This document shows, one piece after another, positions 54,701 through 60,915 of a stretch of 60,915 nucleotides of DNA; the stretch's first letter is position 1, and the number at the start of each line of letters is the position of its first letter. The stretch spans positions 1 to 60,915 of the forward strand of contig JAGHSD010000005.1 in the NCBI GenBank assembly GCA_018066045.1. Reading direction: 5' to 3'. The position numbers and the translations under genes are program-made. The DNA comes from Candidatus Darwinimomas equi (GTDB lineage: Bacteria; Bacillota; Clostridia; Lachnospirales; Lachnospiraceae). The notes under the pieces are model-generated. The model saw only the letters and a list, made by a program, of their open reading frames with translations. It did not search any database and had not been told where the DNA came from.

Positions 54701-57700
54701 CTATATATTGTGGTTTGAAATCTTCAGTTTTTCATTCATACAAAGCAGCAGTTCTTTTACCGCACCCAGAGTCGCATCACAGTTTATCTGTTTTTTCCTT
54801 TCCGAATAGGTAAACGATACTTTTTCACCCTGTCTTATCGACAGAGCACCTCTGTATTCATCAATCAGTTCCGGTATTCCGGTAGGATCGATCTTTGCAT
54901 CCTCATACATCATCAGCACCGCCGTCTGCTTGCCTATGATAACATCCGTTGCATAAATATTATGCGCAAGCGACTTGATTTGTGCGATGCGAAGAAGGTT
55001 GTCCACCGGCTTCGGTATCTCTCCGAAACGGTCTATCAGCTCATCCTGCATATCCATAAAATCGTCTTCCGTTTCTATGGACGCAATTCGCTTATAGACA
55101 TCAAGTTTCTGCTCCTCGTTCCTGATATAGCTTCCCGGAATAAATGCATCCGTATCGGCATCCACAGAGGTATCGAATTCATCCTTTGCAACATCGATTC
55201 CCTTCAGTGCCTTGACCGCTGTGTTGAGCATCTTGCAGTACAGATCATATCCTACCGCCTCCATATGCCCGTGCTGTTCCTGTCCGAGCACATTTCCCGC
55301 ACCGCGGATCTCAAGGTCTCTCATCGCGATTCTTATTCCGCTGCCAAGTTCCGTGAATTCTCTTATCGCCTTCAGTCGTTTCTCGGCTTCCTCGCTGAGC
55401 ATCTTGTTTCTCCTGTAAAGAAGAAATGCATACGCTACTCTGCTCGAACGTCCGACCCTTCCTCTTAACTGATACAGCTGCGACAATCCCAGTTTGTCTG
55501 CATCGTGAATTATCATAGTATTGACGTTCGGAATATCCAGTCCCGTCTCGATGATGGTTGTGGAAACCAAAACATCTATCTCTCCGTTGATGAAATCAAG
55601 CATTACTCTTTCCAGTTCGCGTTCCGCCATCTGTCCGTGGGCAAACGCCACCGCCGCATCCGGAACAAGCGCCTGGACTCTTGCCGTCATTTCCTGTATG
55701 GAATTCACACGGTTGTAAACATAGTAAACCTGCCCGCCCCGCTGTATCTCACGCCGGATGGCTTCCCTGACTATCTCGTCATTGTATTCCATTACATAGG
55801 TCTGTATCGGCTGGCGGTCCTGAGGCGGTTCCTCCAATACCGAGAGATCTCTTATTCCGGCAAGACTCATGTGAAGCGTTCTCGGTATCGGCGTCGCAGT
55901 AAGCGTGAGCACGTCAACCTCATTGCGGAGCTGCTTCAGTTTTTCCTTGTGCCTTACACCGAAGCGCTGCTCTTCGTCGATTACCAAAAGTCCGAGACGT
56001 TTCGGATTAAGATCTTTCGATAATACTCTATGGGTTCCGATAATGATATCAACGAGACCCTTTGAAAAATCCTCAAGAATCTTTTTCTGCTGAGCCGCTG
56101 TCCTGAAACGTGACAGCAGTTCGACTCTCACCGGAAAATCCTTCATTCTCTGAATGAATGTATTGTAATGCTGCTGTGCAAGTATGGTCGTCGGCACCAG
56201 ATATATTACCTGGTATCCTTCCTGAACAACCTTGAAAGATGCACGCAGCGCAATTTCCGTCTTACCGTATCCGACATCACCGCATATAAGGCGATCCATG
56301 ATCTTTCCGGATTCCATGTCGGCCTTCACGGCTTCAATTGCTTTTCTCTGGTCTTCCGTTTCTTCAAATTCAAACAGTTCTTCAAACTCTCTCTGCCATA
56401 CGGTATCCGGTCCGTACTCGTGTCCCGATCCCTTAAGCCTTGCGGCATACAGCGCAACTAATTCCTTTGCGATCTCGGCGACTGCTTTTCTGACATTTGC
56501 CTTGGTTCTGTGCCACTGGTCTCCGCCTAATTTGTTCAGCCTCGGTCTTGCTCCGTCACTTCCGCTGTATTTCTGAATTATGTCGAGTTTCGTAGCCGGA
56601 AGATAGCAGTTGTCTCCGCCGGCATATTCTATCTTCATGTAATCTTTGATCACATGATCCTTCTCTATCTTTTCTATTCCGCGGTATATTCCCAGTCCGT
56701 GTTCCTCATGTACCACATAATCACCGACATGAAGTTCCGACAGTGAAGATACCTTGGTTCCTTCATAATCAAATTTCTTTTTGTATCTGCGTTTTTTCTT
56801 CTTTCCGAAAATATCGCTTTCCGAGATGACTACAAATTTAATTCCGGGAAACTCAAATCCGTGATGAAGATTTCCGTATACGACCTCCGTTTCTCTCAGG
56901 CCGTAATCACGCAGAGAATCCGCAAGCCTTGATGATCTGGTACGCGAAGCGGAAAGAAGCGTTATGTCGTATCCCGACTTCTGATACCGCTTCAGATCCT
57001 CGATAAGCATGTCAAATGAATTCTTGTATGAAGCGGTATTTTTGGCAAAGACAGAATAAACTCTCTTCGGCTCTATCTCTGATATATACTGATCGAGTCC
57101 CGTAAGACACACCGTTCCGGGAGCCGCAAGGTCTTTTATTATTTCTTCGGCTTCGTACAGATCAGGCACCTCGGATGCATCGACCTGTCCGGCTTCAATA
57201 CGGCCCGCCATTCCTTCGTTGAATTCGATCTGCACATTGCAGGCCCTGTTATACACTCTTGCCGGCTCGTCAATGAACAGCGCAGTATTGTCTATATCCC
57301 AGTATCTCAGGAATCCCGCTTCTCCCCCGAGTTCTTTTTCCTTTGCCGGATATATATGAATTATCTCGCATGTTTCCACACTTCTCTGGCTTGTAATGTC
57401 AAAGCTCCTTATAGAGTCTATCTGATCATCCCAGAATTCGATCCTGACCGGTATTTCCTCTGTAAGAGGGAAAATGTCAACGATACCGCCGCGTACCGCG
57501 AACTGACCGCCGTTTTCGACCTGTGCCTCTCTTTCGTATCCGAACTCCGCAAGCCTGTGCTCAAGCTCGTCGATATCGCATCTGTCCCCGCTTGCGAGAG
57601 TCAGTCTTTTCTTTCTGAATTTATCCGGATCCTCAAGTTTGTCCATCAGCGCGTCTACGGTCGTTACCACTATACCGCTCTCATCTTCGTACATGTGTCT

Positions 57701-58012
57701 CCACACGTCAATACGCTGCCCGGAGATAACATTTCCCCTTATATCCGCACTAAAAAAGAGAAGATCCCTCGCCGGATACAGAAGAACCTCCTGCTCTCCC
57801 GTAAAACATCTTATATCCTCCGCAAGTTCTCTTGCTCTTGTCTCGTCATATGTTACAATCAGCTTCCACTTGGCGGGAAGCTGTGAAATGATAAATGCTT
57901 TCGCGCCGTCGGGCAGTCCGCTTATCTGAACAGGACCTCTGCCGAGGCGCAGGTCTTTCTCCATCTCATCATATTCTGCCAGTTTCCTTAAAGGATTGCC
58001 GTATATGCTCAT
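54701..58012 (-). CDS. mfd: transcription-repair coupling factor
   Basis: 1103 aa. UvrB-homology N-terminus, CarD-like domain (GDYVVHEEHGLG), and SF2 helicase motifs (GDVGYGKTE, DEEQRFG, TATPIPRT). Confidence 0.95.
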   Translation of the reverse strand: MSIYGNPLRKLAEYDEMEKDLRLGRGPVQISGLPDGAKAFIISQLPAKWKLIVTYDETRARELAEDIRCFTGEQEVLLYPARDLLFFSADIRGNVISGQRIDVWRHMYEDESGIVVTTVDALMDKLEDPDKFRKKRLTLASGDRCDIDELEHRLAEFGYEREAQVENGGQFAVRGGIVDIFPLTEEIPVRIEFWDDQIDSIRSFDITSQRSVETCEIIHIYPAKEKELGGEAGFLRYWDIDNTALFIDEPARVYNRACNVQIEFNEGMAGRIEAGQVDASEVPDLYEAEEIIKDLAAPGTVCLTGLDQYISEIEPKRVYSVFAKNTASYKNSFDMLIEDLKRYQKSGYDITLLSASRTRSSRLADSLRDYGLRETEVVYGNLHHGFEFPGIKFVVISESDIFGKKKKRRYKKKFDYEGTKVSSLSELHVGDYVVHEEHGLGIYRGIEKIEKDHVIKDYMKIEYAGGDNCYLPATKLDIIQKYSGSDGARPRLNKLGGDQWHRTKANVRKAVAEIAKELVALYAARLKGSGHEYGPDTVWQREFEELFEFEETEDQRKAIEAVKADMESGKIMDRLICGDVGYGKTEIALRASFKVVQEGYQVIYLVPTTILAQQHYNTFIQRMKDFPVRVELLSRFRTAAQQKKILEDFSKGLVDIIIGTHRVLSKDLNPKRLGLLVIDEEQRFGVRHKEKLKQLRNEVDVLTLTATPIPRTLHMSLAGIRDLSVLEEPPQDRQPIQTYVMEYNDEIVREAIRREIQRGGQVYYVYNRVNSIQEMTARVQALVPDAAVAFAHGQMAERELERVMLDFINGEIDVLVSTTIIETGLDIPNVNTMIIHDADKLGLSQLYQLRGRVGRSSRVAYAFLLYRRNKMLSEEAEKRLKAIREFTELGSGIRIAMRDLEIRGAGNVLGQEQHGHMEAVGYDLYCKMLNTAVKALKGIDVAKDEFDTSVDADTDAFIPGSYIRNEEQKLDVYKRIASIETEDDFMDMQDELIDRFGEIPKPVDNLLRIAQIKSLAHNIYATDVIIGKQTAVLMMYEDAKIDPTGIPELIDEYRGALSIRQGEKVSFTYSERKKQINCDATLGAVKELLLCMNEKLKISNHNI

Positions 58013-58584
58013 CAGATATTGTCCGTTTTGTTATAGATATTCATCGTATCGTCGATGCCTTCGGCAAGCATATGCCCGACTGCTTCGGCCGCCTTTGCGA
58101 TTCCTTTTACAATCTCCCCGTCTGCTTCGGGTGTGATATGACTTAAAACATAATCCGCCAGATCCCATCCTTCCGGTTTGTCACCTACTCCGATTCTTAC
58201 TCGCGGAAATTCCGTTGTACCCATGTATCTGATAACCGACTTCATACCGTTATGAGATCCCGCCGATCCGGACTTTCTTATCCTGAGCTGTCCGGGATTC
58301 AGATCGATGTCGTCGTATATTACGATGATATCACTCGGATCTGCCTTGTAGTAATCCATTATCTCGCGAACACATTCTCCGGAATTGTTCATATATGTCT
58401 GCGGCTTGACCAGTATGACCTTTTCACCGCCTATTATTCCTCTGCCGCACAAACCTTTGTGTTTAAGATCTATGACATCTATTCCCGCTTTCTGCGCAAT
58501 CCTGTCTATCGCCATAAACCCCATATTATGACGTGTCGCTGCGTATTCTTTTCCCGGATTGCCCAGTCCTATTATTATCTTCAT
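58012..58584 (-). CDS. pth: peptidyl-tRNA hydrolase
   Basis: MKIIIGLGNPGKEYAATRHNMGF...GHNGMKS. The stop overlaps the mfd start (TGATG). Confidence 0.95.
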   Translation of the reverse strand: MKIIIGLGNPGKEYAATRHNMGFMAIDRIAQKAGIDVIDLKHKGLCGRGIIGGEKVILVKPQTYMNNSGECVREIMDYYKADPSDIIVIYDDIDLNPGQLRIRKSGSAGSHNGMKSVIRYMGTTEFPRVRIGVGDKPEGWDLADYVLSHITPEADGEIVKGIAKAAEAVGHMLAEGIDDTMNIYNKTDNI

Positions 58585-58705
58585 TTCACTTTACCTTTTG
58601 CACATCCTGAATTCTATTTTATTATACTATGATTTATCCGTCAAAAATACACATTTTGTGATACTATTATATTGAATCATTAATTCGGAGGTTTCATCAG
58701 GAATT

Positions 58706-59830
58706 ATGGAAAATTTAAAGAAAAGGACCTGGGCTGAAATAAGCCTGAAGAATCTTGAAGATAATTACAGAAGCATCAGGGCCCACCTTCCCGCGGGCAC
58801 ACGTTTTCTTGGTGTGGTAAAAGCCGATGCCTACGGACACGGTGCTTTGCAGGTAGCTCATCTTCTTGAGAAATGCGGAGCCGATTATCTTGCGGTATCC
58901 TGTCTGGATGAAGCTCTGGAACTTCGCGACGGCGGCGTAACGATGCCGATTCTGATATTAGGCCATACTCCAACCAGGTTTACCGAAATACTGATAGAAA
59001 ACAATCTTACTCAGACAATTTCCAACAAATCAAAAGCAGAGAGATTTGACCGGGCCTGTGAACGTCTGGGGAAAAAGCTTAAAGTACACATCAAGGTTGA
59101 TACGGGTATGTCCCGTCTCGGTTTCCTGTGCTCCGGCGATATGTTTGAAGAAGGAATCGAAAACATGGCCGCTTCATGCCGCCTGAAAAATCTGGACTGC
59201 GAAGGCATCTTCACTCATTTTGCCGTTTCCGACGAACCTGGGGAAGAAAACAGAGAGTACACCCTGACTCAGTTCAGATTGTTTACCGATGTTATCAATG
59301 CTCTGTCCGACCGGCACGGCATCAGTTTCCGCCTGCGTCACTGTTCCAATACAGGCGCTGTAGTAAATTACCCCGAGATGTCTCTTGATATGGTACGTCC
59401 CGGATATCTCCTGTACGGGTACGGAGATCCCGAAAACAGAATAGGTGTAAAACCGTGTATGCGTTTTGTTTCAACAATCAGCACTATCAAGCATTATCCC
59501 GCCGGTACGGCAGTCAGCTACGGATGCCGCTATGTAACAGACCGAAGAACCCGTATAGGCGTTCTTTCCTGCGGTTACGCGGACGGACTCCCCCGGGCCG
59601 CTTCGGGAAAATGCACTTTCACCGGACCTCAGGTCGGAAGCATCTGTATGGATATGTGCATGATCGATATCACGGATCATCCGGAAGTTAAAACAGGCTC
59701 GGAAATCGAACTTTTCGGTGCGGAAAACGATATACACAAGCTTGCGGAGGCGGCAGGAACCATACCTTACGAACTCCTCTGCAGCGTGACAAAACGTGTC
59801 TGCAGAATATACAAACAGGACGGAATATAA
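58706..59830 (+). CDS. alr: alanine racemase
   Basis: PLP lysine motif VVKADAYGHG. The C-terminal region has GYADG and the second catalytic Tyr region. Confidence 0.95.
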   Translation: MENLKKRTWAEISLKNLEDNYRSIRAHLPAGTRFLGVVKADAYGHGALQVAHLLEKCGADYLAVSCLDEALELRDGGVTMPILILGHTPTRFTEILIENNLTQTISNKSKAERFDRACERLGKKLKVHIKVDTGMSRLGFLCSGDMFEEGIENMAASCRLKNLDCEGIFTHFAVSDEPGEENREYTLTQFRLFTDVINALSDRHGISFRLRHCSNTGAVVNYPEMSLDMVRPGYLLYGYGDPENRIGVKPCMRFVSTISTIKHYPAGTAVSYGCRYVTDRRTRIGVLSCGYADGLPRAASGKCTFTGPQVGSICMDMCMIDITDHPEVKTGSEIELFGAENDIHKLAEAAGTIPYELLCSVTKRVCRIYKQDGI

Positions 59831-59842
59831 TGTAAGTTTTTA

Positions 59843-59871
59843 TTGACATATAGTACCGTGTAATTTACAAT
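59843..59871 (+). promoter_or_regulatory. near-consensus sigma-A promoter TTGACA-17-TACAAT
   Basis: TTGACAtatagtaccgtgtaattTACAAT, 13 nt after the alr stop and about 400 nt upstream of potA. Confidence 0.65.
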
Positions 59872-59877
59872 TTAGCT

Positions 59878-60167
59878 ATCTCAATTGGAAGCGGGTCTTC
59901 CAAAGCAAGATGTTCCGGCGACAGCACGTTGCCTTATTGATTGAGTTAAAAGCTCAGTTTCAAAAGTTGGTTACTTCATAACCGGTGCCTACGGCATAAA
60001 ACTTGTGAAATGGTCAATAAGAGTAGTAAAAGTAATCTTTGCTATATAGACTCTAAACCCATTGAGATTTCGGTACTTTACATGCAGCAGTATCTTCAGC
60101 GGCAGGTGAAGCGGCTTTATATCTGCGAGAATACAAGTGATATGCTTATCGGCATATCACTTTTTTA
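59878..60167 (+). ncRNA. candidate ~290-nt structured RNA (riboswitch-type leader or sRNA), class unknown
   Basis: The region is bounded by the promoter above and the intrinsic terminator at 60135..60167. It contains several local hairpins (GGAAG-CGGGT-CTTCC, GGTTA-CTTCA-TAACC, CTTCA-GCGGCAGG-TGAAG). I found no convincing ORF with an RBS. Confidence 0.35.
60135..60167 (+). terminator. intrinsic terminator inside the potA upstream region
   Basis: AAGTGATATGC-TTATCG-GCATATCACTT followed by TTTTTT. Confidence 0.8.
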
Positions 60168-60272
60168 TGCACACTCGCGCGTATGGAACAAGGTCGCATA
60201 AGCGACCGCGCTCGGCGCCGGCATATCGCAGGCGATATGCTATGCTAAATCATTCGGGGGGGATGATTGATT

Positions 60273-60915
60273 ATGCAGAAGATCATTGAACTGAAAAACA
60301 TAACCAAGTCATTTGACGGCGAAAAGAAAATTCTGAATAATATCAGTCTTTATATAAATGACAACGAATTCCTGACGCTTCTCGGACCATCGGGTTGCGG
60401 CAAAACCACCACGCTTCGAATGATTGGCGGATTCGTTCAGCCTGACGAAGGGGATATATTCTTTCTGGGCGAAAAAATCAATGATCTCCCTCCATATAAA
60501 AGAAATGTAAACACCGTATTTCAGAATTACGCGCTCTTCCCTCATTTGAATGTTTTTGAAAATATCGCATTCCCGTTACGGGAAAAGAAACTTCCCAAAG
60601 AAGAAATCAATACAAAGGTAAATGAAATGCTTGAGCTTGTTAAGCTTCAGCACCGTTCAAAGCGTCGCGTAAACGAGCTTTCCGGAGGACAGCAGCAGCG
60701 GGTTGCCATCGCAAGAGCCCTTATCTCCCGCCCGAGAGTGCTGCTTCTTGACGAGCCGCTCGGAGCACTGGATGCAAAGCTTCGCAAGGATATGCAGCAG
60801 GAACTCAAAAAGATTCAAAAGGCAACCGGGATCACATTCATCTTCGTTACTCATGATCAGGAAGAAGCTCTCACTATGAGTGATACTATCGTGGTAATGA
60901 GCGACGGAAAGATCC
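60273..60915 (+). CDS. potA: spermidine/putrescine-type ABC transporter ATP-binding protein (partial; runs off the window)
   Basis: Absent from the ORF track because there is no stop codon in the window. My translation reads [54 protein letters not shown]...[15 protein letters not shown]...[13 protein letters not shown]-rich RBS lies upstream. Confidence 0.85.
   Translation, partial: MQKIIELKNITKSFDGEKKILNNISLYINDNEFLTLLGPSGCGKTTTLRMIGGFVQPDEGDIFFLGEKINDLPPYKRNVNTVFQNYALFPHLNVFENIAFPLREKKLPKEEINTKVNEMLELVKLQHRSKRRVNELSGGQQQRVAIARALISRPRVLLLDEPLGALDAKLRKDMQQELKKIQKATGITFIFVTHDQEEALTMSDTIVVMSDGKI

Noticed and set aside
60010-60201. 63-aa + strand ORF in the potA upstream region
   Set aside because: It has no RBS, runs through the intrinsic terminator hairpin, and has an odd composition. 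The region is better explained as structured RNA.
1-60915. CRISPR arrays, rRNA operons, IS elements
   Set aside because: I saw no regularly spaced short repeats, no rRNA-like sequence and no transposase-like ORFs on either strand. The only repeats found are the in-frame 18-nt tandem (3404..3457), the 31-bp pair around rluA and the hairpins listed above.

Overview
This 60.9-kb segment looks like a Firmicutes (Clostridia-type) chromosome; that assignment is inferred from synteny and domain content only. I call 53 protein genes (50 on the minus strand), 1 pseudogene and 2 tRNAs. I saw no rRNA, CRISPR array, transposase or integrase. Most genes are housekeeping: pfp, miaA, mnmA, yajC-tgt-secDF, an HtrA-like protease, spoVG, glgCD, asnS, hpt-tilS-divIC, hup, mfd-pth, alr and a partial potA. 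Two regions are not housekeeping. (1) A cell-wall glycopolymer cluster at 16.9-27.3 kb contains an LCP ligase, a priming transferase, several GT2 enzymes, a GtrB-like transferase, an SDR and an unusual TPP enzyme. (2) An accessory stretch lies between tRNA-Gly (36.6 kb) and asnS (45.3 kb). The main finding is a tightly coupled minus-strand cassette at 40.1-45.2 kb. It encodes an SbcD/Mre11-like phosphoesterase whose metal-ligand motifs look degenerate. It also encodes a Rad50/SbcC/YhaN-like ATPase whose coiled-coil midpoint is a two-helix membrane hairpin. The other two genes are a MotA/ExbB-like channel with a ~200-aa helical tail and a MotB/OmpA-like protein with a ~110-aa coiled-coil spacer. 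A phosphotriesterase-family hydrolase follows 11 nt downstream. This combination resembles Zorya (which also uses a stator unit) but matches no described type I know of. I propose it as a candidate stator-coupled DNA-sensing or defence module. Secondary observations:
- an atypical tRNA-Ser-like gene plus a perfect 20-bp hairpin in a 375-nt non-coding gap between mnmA and miaA
- a promoter-to-terminator ~290-nt structured RNA candidate upstream of potA
- a 31-bp direct repeat bracketing rluA
- a start-less orphan hicB beside tRNA-Gly
- an EamA/CrtI-like/FNR-like/HAD operon.
All calls rest on reading the translations and sequence by eye; no database search was possible.
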